A stretch of 64,000 nt of DNA from an uncultured Gammaproteobacteria bacterium. Its GTDB lineage: Bacteria > Patescibacteriota > Patescibacteriia > VMEV01 > CAYQCH01. The notes below the pieces were generated by a model. It saw only the letters and a program-made list of their open reading frames with translations, was not told where the DNA came from and made no database searches. Of this stretch, positions 1-8,545 are shown piece by piece (within the stretch, counting starts at the first letter, position 1; every line of letters starts with the position of its first letter). The position numbers were made by a program, and so were the translations under genes. The stretch lies in assembly GCA_964503955.1 (NCBI GenBank), contig CAZDCG010000002.1, positions 13,047 through 77,046 on the forward strand, written 5' to 3'.

Positions 1-36
1 GCCGGGCTTATTTGTTTTGTGGTATGCTGAACGCAT

Positions 37-570
37 ATGAAAAAACGCTTTCTCTTCATCTTCGCGCTTGTCCTTTTTGCACCTTCCATTGCCAATGCCT
101 GTTCCTGCATCCCTCCTGAACCGCCTCTTGAAGCAAAGGAGCGCGCTGCCGCAGTTTTTGCCGGCAGAGTGGAAAGCATTGAGCAATCTGATTGGCTCAT
201 GCAAGGCGGAGCTGATCCTGTGATTGTAAGGATGACTGTTTCAGACGTATGGAAAGGACCTGAGAATCAGAACGTGACCATTCGCACGGCGCGCGACAGT
301 GCTGCCTGCGGATACTCCTTTGAAGAAGGGAAAGCATATCTGGTCTACGCGCATGAATCGGATAACGGATTGGCAACCGGTATTTGTGAACGCACGGCCT
401 TGCTGAGCGACGCTGAAGAAGATGTCAAAGAGCTTGGCGAAGCAATCGAGCCGGCCAGTTCAGAGGAGCCAATCTCAGCAAGAGGGAAGGAAGAGTATCT
501 GGCCGTTTCCATTCTCGTTCTGGTGATTGCGGGGGCATTCCTCTTTTGGGTTCGGTCAAGACGAGCATAA
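37..570 (+). CDS. Secreted, C-terminally anchored TIMP/NTR-like protein
   Basis: Signal peptide ends ANA|CSC, followed by AVFAGRV, CGYSF..G..YLVY and a later Cys, plus a C-terminal TM helix with basic tail. This is the bacterial TIMP-like pattern. Confidence 0.65.
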   Translation: MKKRFLFIFALVLFAPSIANACSCIPPEPPLEAKERAAAVFAGRVESIEQSDWLMQGGADPVIVRMTVSDVWKGPENQNVTIRTARDSAACGYSFEEGKAYLVYAHESDNGLATGICERTALLSDAEEDVKELGEAIEPASSEEPISARGKEEYLAVSILVLVIAGAFLFWVRSRRA

Positions 571-588
571 CTACTTTTTTGGCTGCAT

Positions 589-1047
589 ATGCAATCAAAA
601 GCCGCGACAGTCGCCGCGTATCTCAAAGCATTGCCGGCCGAGAGGCGAAAAGCCTTGCAGGAAGTGCGAAAGGTGATAAAAGCGCATTTGCCAAAAGGCT
701 ACAAAGAAGTGATGCAATACGGAATGATCAGCTATGTCGTTCCGCTTTCCGTGTATCCGGCAGGATATCTCAATGATAAAAAAACGCCGCTACCATATGC
801 GGCGCTTGCTGCTCAGAAACATCATCTGGCAGTGTATCTGATGAATATCTATGCGGACAAAGACGCGAGCAAGTGGTTTACGGAAGCGTATAGGAAATCG
901 AGGAAGAAACTTGACGCTGGCAAATCCTGCGTGCGTTTTAAAAAGCTTGAAGACCTGCCGCTGGATGTGATTGGAAAAGCCGTGGCGCGTCATACGGTTT
1001 CCGCGTGGATCAAGGTGTACGAAGCATCACGGCGCAAGCGCGCATAA
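589..1047 (+). CDS. DUF1801 (YdhG-like) domain protein
   Basis: TVAAYLKALPAERRKAL...MQYGMISYVVP...QKHHLAVY...GKSCVRFKKLEDLP. Confidence 0.8.
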   Translation: MQSKAATVAAYLKALPAERRKALQEVRKVIKAHLPKGYKEVMQYGMISYVVPLSVYPAGYLNDKKTPLPYAALAAQKHHLAVYLMNIYADKDASKWFTEAYRKSRKKLDAGKSCVRFKKLEDLPLDVIGKAVARHTVSAWIKVYEASRRKRA

Positions 1048-1062
1048 TCATTATCGATTCTT

Positions 1063-1488
1063 ATGCAATTCATTGAAAACCTGCGAAGAGAAGGAGCCGT
1101 CAAGGCGGTCCGGCACTTGATCTCGGCTCCATTTATCTATGCCATCTTCCCGGCATTTGTGCTTGTGCATGCCTTCTTTGAGCTCTATCATTTCGTTTGT
1201 TTCCCGCTCTACGGAATTCCGTATGTGCAACGCAGCAGGTATTTGCGCGTAGACCGGCAAAAGCTGAGCTATCTGAATTGGGTTGAGAAACTGAATTGCG
1301 TCTACTGCGGTTATGTAAACGGCATCTTAAATTATATGGTTGAAATTGCCGCTCGCACGGAAACATACTGGTGCGCCATCAAACATCAAAAATATCCCGG
1401 CATGATCGAGCCGGCACATCATGCTGATTTCGCGGAGTACGGAGATGAAGACGGATTTGTCAAAACATTGAATGACCGTCCCGAGTAA
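1063..1488 (+). CDS. Conserved hypothetical membrane protein with Cys/His motifs
   Basis: One TM segment followed by NCVYCGYVNG and YWCAIKH. Its stop abuts the stop of the convergent gene. Confidence 0.7.
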   Translation: MQFIENLRREGAVKAVRHLISAPFIYAIFPAFVLVHAFFELYHFVCFPLYGIPYVQRSRYLRVDRQKLSYLNWVEKLNCVYCGYVNGILNYMVEIAARTETYWCAIKHQKYPGMIEPAHHADFAEYGDEDGFVKTLNDRPE

Positions 1489-2529
1489 TCATTCCTTTTT
1501 GACGTGTTCATCAAAAAATTCGAGCGTGCGGCGCATGACAAGCGGCCAGGCATCGATAAATTCATGGGGTTCGCCTTCGTAGACATGATACAGATGCTTT
1601 TTGCCGGCCGCTTGCAAGGCCGTATCAAGTTCGTCTGACCAGGCGAGCGGAACATCTTTGTCATTTGTGCCATGATGCGTCATGACTGGGGCCGTGATCT
1701 GATCAAGAAAGTTCAGGGCAGAAACATGTTTCCAGAATTCAGGCTGCTCGCTGGGGGAGCCATAGAGCGCGAGAATCTGTTCAGCAATCTCGGTTCGCTG
1801 TTTTGTCCAGCGTTCAAAGTTTTTCCAGGCATCGCCGCTCACAGGCGCAAAAAGCACCGCCGCGTCAATAAGATCAGGTTTTGCCACCAGAATATTCAAC
1901 GTGATGCCGCCTCCCATGGAGTGGCCCAGCATGCCGATCCGGTCGGTATCCATAGATGGCAATCCAGATGCTTTCGCGGCGAATATGGCGTTGACCACAT
2001 CTTTTGCATAGGCAAGACGAAGCGAAAGCTCCTGATCGGGGTCTTTGTCGGATTGCGCGTGATTTCGATAGTCGGGGTGAATGACGATATAACCGTTTCG
2101 CGCAAAATAATCCTGCTCGCGTTTGAGCCCTCGGCCATTGGTATAAACGGCCGGGTCAATGTATCCGTGATTAAGAATCAGCACGGGGAAGGGACCGTCT
2201 CCGTGTGGAACATTCATGATGCCCGAAATCGTCAATTCGCCGCTTTTATACGTGATAAAGTAGCGGGTATAATCATTTGTGCGCGCAAGGACATCGCCGA
2301 CAGTGAAATCCCGGCCGTCAAATATTTCTTTGCTCAAGGCTTTTAAGGAAACCGGATGCGGCGATGCGGCATGAGCGTTTGCGTTTTCAGGCAGACTGTC
2401 GGTTTCACGCAATGCCGCAGGCTTTGCATCTGTTGAAAGTTCCGGCGCGGACTGTTTTTGTTGCGGCCAAAGAATCACCATGGCGCATAGGCCGGCGAAG
2501 AGGGTCAGTACCAATAGTCGTTGAGACAT
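1489..2529 (-). CDS. Membrane-anchored alpha/beta hydrolase (S9 peptidase/esterase-like)
   Basis: N-terminal TM helix, NHGY, GHSMGG nucleophile elbow, HGTNDKDV and HEF. Confidence 0.85.
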   Translation of the reverse strand: MSQRLLVLTLFAGLCAMVILWPQQKQSAPELSTDAKPAALRETDSLPENANAHAASPHPVSLKALSKEIFDGRDFTVGDVLARTNDYTRYFITYKSGELTISGIMNVPHGDGPFPVLILNHGYIDPAVYTNGRGLKREQDYFARNGYIVIHPDYRNHAQSDKDPDQELSLRLAYAKDVVNAIFAAKASGLPSMDTDRIGMLGHSMGGGITLNILVAKPDLIDAAVLFAPVSGDAWKNFERWTKQRTEIAEQILALYGSPSEQPEFWKHVSALNFLDQITAPVMTHHGTNDKDVPLAWSDELDTALQAAGKKHLYHVYEGEPHEFIDAWPLVMRRTLEFFDEHVKKE

Positions 2530-2598
2530 ACTGCAAAGATAACAAATCAGGCGATCTATGCTATTCTATAATAAACTTAGCTTTTTTTACATGCTTTT

Positions 2599-3411
2599 AT
2601 GGTCATGAGAAAAATCGGACTCCTCATTGCCGTGCTGGTAATTGCGGGAGCTTTCTTTGCTCTTTATACTGCGAGAAATACGTCCGGCCCGTCAGACGAT
2701 GAAATGAAAAACGCCGATATGATGCGACAGGAGGCCAAATACGAAATCGAATCGGAAATGGTCGCGTATTTCGGCGATGTTGAAGGTTTATTCGCGCGTC
2801 CAAAAGGAGAGGGTCCCTTTCCCGGCGTGGTCGTGATTCATGAAAATCGAGGACTTCGCCCTGAAATTCGTGACACTGCCATGAACCTGGCAGGGCAGGG
2901 GTATATGGTATTGGCTGTTGATCTCCTTGGCGGCGTGGCGGAGGATCAGACCGGTGCGCGCGAGTTGACGGCAAAATTCAATCAGGAAACGGGGGTTGCC
3001 AATATGCGGGCGGCTGCTGCATTCCTTCGGGAGCAGGGCGCGCAGAGAATCGCGTCGCTTGGGTGGTGCTTTGGCGGACGCCAATCCTTGGCGCTGGCGA
3101 CATCGGGCGAGCAGCTTGACGCGACTATTGTGTATTACGGAGGCGGTATGCCGACAACCGAGCAGGAGCTCTCTCCGATCAAGTGGCCGGTTCTTGGTGT
3201 TTTCGGGGATCAGGATCAGGCAATTCCCGTTGAAAGAGTAAATGAGTTTGAATCATCTCTGAATGCGCTCGGCGTTGAAAATGAAGTCTATATCTATCCG
3301 GGTGTAGGCCATGCCTTTGCGAATCCTTCCGGCGCGAACTATGCTCCGGCAGAAACCATGGATGCCTGGGAGAAAACACTGCGTTTCTTAGAAGAGCATC
3401 TTGCAAACTAG
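2599..3411 (+). CDS. Dienelactone hydrolase family protein with N-terminal anchor
   Basis: VVVIHENRGL, GWCFGG, GDQD, GHAFAN. Confidence 0.9.
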   Translation: MVMRKIGLLIAVLVIAGAFFALYTARNTSGPSDDEMKNADMMRQEAKYEIESEMVAYFGDVEGLFARPKGEGPFPGVVVIHENRGLRPEIRDTAMNLAGQGYMVLAVDLLGGVAEDQTGARELTAKFNQETGVANMRAAAAFLREQGAQRIASLGWCFGGRQSLALATSGEQLDATIVYYGGGMPTTEQELSPIKWPVLGVFGDQDQAIPVERVNEFESSLNALGVENEVYIYPGVGHAFANPSGANYAPAETMDAWEKTLRFLEEHLAN

Positions 3412-3426
3412 CAGTAAAATAATACA

Positions 3427-3509
3427 TCTGAATTCTGAACTCAGGGTTCTGACCCTTGATCTGAAGACAGTTCAGCATCAGATAGAGAGTTCAGAGTACA
3501 GAGCTCAGT
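3427..3509. repeat. Heptamer-period palindromic repeat (TCTGAxx / xxTCAGA)
   Basis: TCTGAAT TCTGAAC TCAGGGT TCTGACC ... GTTCAGA GTACAGA GCTCAGT. Confidence 0.7.
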
Positions 3510-3547
3510 AAAAAGGGATCCATCTTGTCATCTTAACGGAAATAGCT

Positions 3548-4027
3548 ATGCCAAGCACGCAGTTGGCCACATTCGGAGGAGGATGTTTCTGGGGTGTTGA
3601 AGAATCCTTTCGAACCCTGGAGGGTGTTGCGCAAACGACCGTCGGCTATATGGGCGGCAACAAAGAACAGGCGACTTATGAGCAAGTCTGCACGGACAAA
3701 ACCGGCCATGTGGAAGTGGTGCACGTGGAATTTGATCCGCAAACGATCAGCTATGAATCGCTGGTCCGCACCTTCTTTGAAGTCCATGATCCAACTCAGG
3801 TCAACCGCCAGGGGCCCGATATTGGCACGCAGTACCGATCCGTCATTTTTTACCACTCTGCCGAACAAAAACAGGCGGCGGAACGAGTGAAAGACGAATT
3901 GGATGCGTCCGGCAAATTCGCTTTGCCGATCGCGACCGCCATTGAGCCGGCCAAGGAATTTTTCGAGGCAGAAGAGTATCACCAGAAATATCTTATGAAG
4001 CGGGGATTAAATGTCTGCCATGTCTGA
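3548..4027 (+). CDS. msrA: Peptide methionine sulfoxide reductase A
   Basis: GGCFWG, HDPTQVNRQGPDIGTQYRS, AEEYHQKY. Confidence 0.97.
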   Translation: MPSTQLATFGGGCFWGVEESFRTLEGVAQTTVGYMGGNKEQATYEQVCTDKTGHVEVVHVEFDPQTISYESLVRTFFEVHDPTQVNRQGPDIGTQYRSVIFYHSAEQKQAAERVKDELDASGKFALPIATAIEPAKEFFEAEEYHQKYLMKRGLNVCHV

Positions 4028-4252
4028 TCCTCTGTTGATCGTGCTCAACAAGCGGGAGCGGCAGACCATGGTGAACAATAATTCAAGGCTTGTTTGAAGA
4101 GAAGGCATGTCAGCAGGAAATAACGGATTTTCTCTTGAAAATGGAGTATTTTGATGGTAGAGTACTCTATCAGGCGGCTTCGTAGCGCCCCCAGCTTTCC
4201 TTGCGCCAAAGTGTTTTCATGGCCGGTTGTTCTGCTTAGCTGCCAGTTTTGC

Positions 4253-4281
4253 TTGAATGTGCCGGCGAAACCTTTTATACT
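4253..4281 (+). promoter_or_regulatory. Sigma70-type promoter of the ABC operon
   Basis: TTGAAT-17 bp-TATACT. A second candidate, TTGAAA-17-TAGAGT, lies at 4135-4163. Confidence 0.5.
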
Positions 4282-4339
4282 GCAGTATTGCCAGAAGCGT
4301 CATAAGTCGATGGCCGCACTTAACGCTTTTTTTGTCTCT

Positions 4340-5269
4340 ATGAATACGCTCACTGTCAGGAGGATAAGCAAAGAATATCACGGCGTGAAAGCCGTTGATT
4401 CCGTTGATTTTTCGATCCATAAAGGTCAAATCGTGGGGCTGCTCGGTCCAAATGGAGCAGGAAAGACCACAACCATGAGTATTATTTCAGGCATTTTGGC
4501 GCCTGAGTCAGGATCCGTGCTTTTTGACGACCAGGAGCTTGGTCCTGAAACGGAAATTGCGATTAAAAAACAAATCGGATTCCTTTCAGAAAGCAATCCG
4601 CTGTATCAGGACATGCTCGTGCGCGAGTATCTTGATTACGTTGCCGGGCTGCGGGGAATGAACAAAGAAGAACGAAAACGCGCGATTGACGAGGTCGTGC
4701 AAGAAACCGGCTTGCAGGATCGTCTCTATCAGCCAATTGAAGAACTTTCAAAAGGTTATAAGCAGCGCGTGGGGCTTGCCCAGGCGATTTTGCATAAACC
4801 TGATTTGCTGATTCTTGATGAACCGACCGAAGGACTCGATCCAAATCAGCGTGTCAGCATCAGAGATCTCATCGCAAAGCTCGGCAAAGAACGCACCGTA
4901 TTGATCAGCACGCATGTGCTTTCCGAAGTGCAAGCGATGTGCGATTCCGTCATCATCCTCAATGAAGGTAAAGTGATCGCGCAAGGCAGCGTTGACGAAA
5001 TTTTAAGGCAGAGCAAACAGGGGCAGCTCATTTCGCTTGAAGTACAAGGCAATGCAGTCAAAGACGCTTTGGAAAAAGCCGGGCTGCAAATCGTGGATCA
5101 TGAACAGAGAGAGGGAAGAGAAGTCTTCACCTTGCGCTCAACAAGCGCGGAGGATATGCGCCCAAAGGTATTTGCTATCGCCAAGGAGCAGTCCTGGATT
5201 TTGTATGAGCTGCATCAGAAAGCTCTCAACCTTGAAGAAACCTTCCGACAACTGACCAGCAAAGCGTAA
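4340..5269 (+). CDS. ABC transporter ATP-binding protein (GldA-like)
   Basis: GPNGAGKTT, LSKGYKQRVG signature, LDEP and H-loop. Start moved to ATG 4340. Confidence 0.92.
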   Translation: MNTLTVRRISKEYHGVKAVDSVDFSIHKGQIVGLLGPNGAGKTTTMSIISGILAPESGSVLFDDQELGPETEIAIKKQIGFLSESNPLYQDMLVREYLDYVAGLRGMNKEERKRAIDEVVQETGLQDRLYQPIEELSKGYKQRVGLAQAILHKPDLLILDEPTEGLDPNQRVSIRDLIAKLGKERTVLISTHVLSEVQAMCDSVIILNEGKVIAQGSVDEILRQSKQGQLISLEVQGNAVKDALEKAGLQIVDHEQREGREVFTLRSTSAEDMRPKVFAIAKEQSWILYELHQKALNLEETFRQLTSKA

Positions 5270-5273
5270 ACGT

Positions 5274-7493
5274 ATGAAATTCAACCCATTTTTGGCCGTC
5301 TTCAAAAAGGAAGTCAAAGCATATCTTGATCAGCCAATGGCCTATATACTTGCTGTTGTTTTCTTGGCGATCAATGCCTTCTTCTATTTCCGCACCAGTT
5401 TTCTTGAGGAGGTCGCAAGCCTGCGCTCCATGTTCCAGCTTTTGCCGTGGATCTTCCTTTTCTTTATTCCGGCTTTAACCATGCGGACCTGGGCTGAGGA
5501 GCGCCGCGAGAATACGCTTGGCATGCTTTTAAGTTATCCGGTTCATGTCTGGCAGATCATACTTGGCAAATATGCGGCCACGGTTTCCTATGTCGCGGTT
5601 ATTCTCGCCTTGACATGGATTATCCCGATCAGCCTTTCGGGGGCGGGGAATTTTGATTCCGGCACGATTATTGCTCAGTATCTTGGAGCTTTTCTGCTTA
5701 TGGCGGCTATGATCGCTGTTGGACAATGGGCATCCACGCTGACCAAAAACCAGGTGGTCGCTTTTATCATCAGCGTGGCTGTTTTGTTTGCTTTCGTTTT
5801 GGCGGGGCTTGACTTTGTGGTCCTGGCTTTGCCATATCCAATCAATTTGGTTTTTCAGCAGCTCGGTATCTTTTCGCACTTTCAGTCCATGACGCGCGGG
5901 CTGATCGACGCGCGCGATGTGCTCTACTTTGTGTCGCTTGCGGCCATCTTCCTGGCTTTGTCCTATCTGTGGCTGAATAAGGTGAAGCGTTCGGTAAAAA
6001 CCAAGGAGTGGAAAACCCTTCAGGCAACCATCGCCACCTTTGTCGCGATCGCCGTTGTGATCAATCTTTTTGGGCAAAGCCTTACCGTCCGCGCGGATAT
6101 CACGGAGCAGAAAGTGTACAGTCTCTCGCCGGCCACAAAATCTGTTTTGCGCAATCTGGAGGATACCATCCGATTGACGTTGTACCGGTCAAAAAAGCTG
6201 CCAACCCAGATCGAATTGCTCAGCCGCGATCTGCAGGACATTCTGGCTGATTATGACAAATTCGGCGGAAACAATGTTGATTTTTCCATCAAATACCCTG
6301 ATCAGGATCCGCAGATCGCGCAGGAAGCAAAACAGAAAGGCATTCCAGCCGTTCGCTTCAATGTGGTCCGCGAAGATGAATTCACCTTGCAGGAAGGATA
6401 TCTCGGCCTGGTGATCGAATACCTTGACGACCGCGAAGTACTGCCGTTCATCCAGCAAATCGGAGATCTTGAATACCAGCTCACAAGAGCCATGCTTGCT
6501 TTGCAAAGAGAACGGCTGCCGGTTCTTGGATATGTTTCTGATTTCGGCGGGAAAACCCTTGAAGAATTGTCTGCATTCGCGCCTGTTTTGCGCAAGGAAT
6601 TTACCGTGCAGCAGATTTCTCTTTCATCTGAAGAAGGGAGCAGTGAACCGGTTCAAATCGATGAGAGCATTGACGCGCTTTTCATTGCCGCTCCTACGCA
6701 AACGTATTCAGACGCCGCCGTTCAGGCCGTCCGCGACTATGTCAGCCGGGGAGGAAAGATTTTCTGGCTGGTTTCAGGGGTGAAAATCGATCAGGGCTCG
6801 TTAACGGTCAGCGCCAATACAACCGGCCTTGAGCCGATTCTTGCTGAGCACGGGATTACGCTTGAAAAAAATCTGGTCGCCGATCTGGCTTCTCATGAAA
6901 CCGTGAATTTCAGCGCGGGGTTATTTAATTACTTCCTTCCATATCCGCTTTGGGTCAAGGCGCGCGTCGGCCGTCATGTGATTGCTGGCAATACCTCGTC
7001 TATCACAATGGCCTGGCCAAGCTCCATCCAGCTGAGCAATGAGCAGGCGATTCCGCTTGTGACAACCTCCCCGTCATCGGTGGTGCAAACCGGTTCGTAT
7101 ATCGCGCATCCAGATCAGCTTGGCTCATTGCCAAAAGATAATTTCGCGTCCTATACGCTTGCCGCCGTCCTTCCGGATATTCCTGCGGATGAAGGAAATG
7201 AACCTGGCCGTTGGGTGGTTTTTGCAAGCAACCAGCTGCTTGAAAACACCATGCTGCAGCAAAACTCGCAGAATGCGGCGCTGGCGCTCAATGCACTTGA
7301 CTGGCTCTCGCAGAATGAAGCGCTTCTCTCTATTCGAACCAAAAACGCGGGCGCTCCGGTACTTGTCTGGTCATCAGCAGAGAAAAAGAATCTGGTGAAA
7401 TGGGGCAATATTGCCGGTGTTCCGCTGCTGGTCGCGGTTGCCGGAGCCGTGCATCTCATCCGCCGAAAACGTCTGTCTCAAAAACACGCTTAA
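5274..7493 (+). CDS. Fused ABC-2 permease (GldF-like) and GldG-like extracytoplasmic domain
   Basis: PALTMRTWAEERRENT permease motif and several TMs, then DITEQKVYSLSPATK and LEYQLT GldG motifs and a C-terminal TM. Confidence 0.85.
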   Translation: MKFNPFLAVFKKEVKAYLDQPMAYILAVVFLAINAFFYFRTSFLEEVASLRSMFQLLPWIFLFFIPALTMRTWAEERRENTLGMLLSYPVHVWQIILGKYAATVSYVAVILALTWIIPISLSGAGNFDSGTIIAQYLGAFLLMAAMIAVGQWASTLTKNQVVAFIISVAVLFAFVLAGLDFVVLALPYPINLVFQQLGIFSHFQSMTRGLIDARDVLYFVSLAAIFLALSYLWLNKVKRSVKTKEWKTLQATIATFVAIAVVINLFGQSLTVRADITEQKVYSLSPATKSVLRNLEDTIRLTLYRSKKLPTQIELLSRDLQDILADYDKFGGNNVDFSIKYPDQDPQIAQEAKQKGIPAVRFNVVREDEFTLQEGYLGLVIEYLDDREVLPFIQQIGDLEYQLTRAMLALQRERLPVLGYVSDFGGKTLEELSAFAPVLRKEFTVQQISLSSEEGSSEPVQIDESIDALFIAAPTQTYSDAAVQAVRDYVSRGGKIFWLVSGVKIDQGSLTVSANTTGLEPILAEHGITLEKNLVADLASHETVNFSAGLFNYFLPYPLWVKARVGRHVIAGNTSSITMAWPSSIQLSNEQAIPLVTTSPSSVVQTGSYIAHPDQLGSLPKDNFASYTLAAVLPDIPADEGNEPGRWVVFASNQLLENTMLQQNSQNAALALNALDWLSQNEALLSIRTKNAGAPVLVWSSAEKKNLVKWGNIAGVPLLVAVAGAVHLIRRKRLSQKHA

Positions 7494-7503
7494 TCTGAAC
7501 CGT

Positions 7504-8436
7504 ATGAAAAAACTCGCCATCTTGTTGTTGATTTTTGTCTTGCTTCTCGCCGGTTATTTCCTCGTCAGAAAACTATTAACGCCAGACGTGTTTCGCGCTC
7601 CGGAGGGATTTCGAACCGCAGAATGGAAGGAAGAAATGATCGATGAGATTTCCATTCAACAAGAGGGAGTTGAGGAATTGATCCTCCATAAGGAAGATGG
7701 AGCCTGGTCTGTTCAAGCGTACCCGGCGGATGCACAACGCGTCCGTGAGCTGTTTAACGCTTTGCAGAATAGCTTGATCACTTCGCGCGTTTCCTCTAAC
7801 AGTCTGAATCATGAACGGTTTGAAGTTGATGAAAAGAATGGGAAAACGGTCCGCTTCTCCCGCGAAGGAAATGAATTCCAGCGCATGATTGTCGGAAAAT
7901 CCGCCGGGGGAAATAGCGTCTATGTCCGCCTTGAAGGTGAAGAGAATGTGTTTGTGCTGAGCGGGCTTGCAAGCTACCTGGCCACCGCCGAGCAGGATTT
8001 TTGGCGGGATCGCCAGGTCTTTTCAATGGAGCATGATGATATCAGACTTGTTCGCTTCCAGACGGCAGCTGAAACATGGGAGATAAAAAAACAGAACGAA
8101 GGATGGGCGATCGCAAGAAATGCGCAAGCGCCTATGTCCTTGTCTGATGAGCGCGTCAGCAATTGGATGAATGGTTTGCTTGCTATGCAGGCGGGATCTT
8201 TTCCCGAAGAGGGGGATGCGATTTCTGGTGCGGCCAAAACACTGACCATTGAAACCGGAACTCCTGAAGAATTCAGCGCGTCATTTACCTACAAACTTGG
8301 TGCGCCTGAAAACGGATTTGTACTTGTCGCTCCTGAGCAGGGGTATCCGGTGCTTGTACAGGAATCGACCATCGACACAACGCTTCAATCGTATCAGAAG
8401 CTTTTAGAGACGTTGGCAGACCAGCCTTCCGCATAA
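7504..8436 (+). CDS. DUF4340 domain protein
   Basis: N-terminal TM helix, YPAD, IVGK...YVR...VF, WRDR. Typical partner of GldAFG-like transporters. Confidence 0.75.
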   Translation: MKKLAILLLIFVLLLAGYFLVRKLLTPDVFRAPEGFRTAEWKEEMIDEISIQQEGVEELILHKEDGAWSVQAYPADAQRVRELFNALQNSLITSRVSSNSLNHERFEVDEKNGKTVRFSREGNEFQRMIVGKSAGGNSVYVRLEGEENVFVLSGLASYLATAEQDFWRDRQVFSMEHDDIRLVRFQTAAETWEIKKQNEGWAIARNAQAPMSLSDERVSNWMNGLLAMQAGSFPEEGDAISGAAKTLTIETGTPEEFSASFTYKLGAPENGFVLVAPEQGYPVLVQESTIDTTLQSYQKLLETLADQPSA

Positions 8437-8460
8437 CAGCGTTTCAAACGCAAAGGCATG

Positions 8461-8493
8461 GCGGACGGGCTCGCTCGTCCGTTTATGTGTTTT
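8461..8493 (+). terminator. Probable intrinsic terminator
   Basis: GCGGACGGG-CTCG-CTCGTCCGT followed by a T-rich tract. Confidence 0.5.
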
Positions 8494-8545
8494 TAAGGAA
8501 AATTTGCCAATCCGTTTGTTTTCTGTTCAGATAACGGCATGAACT

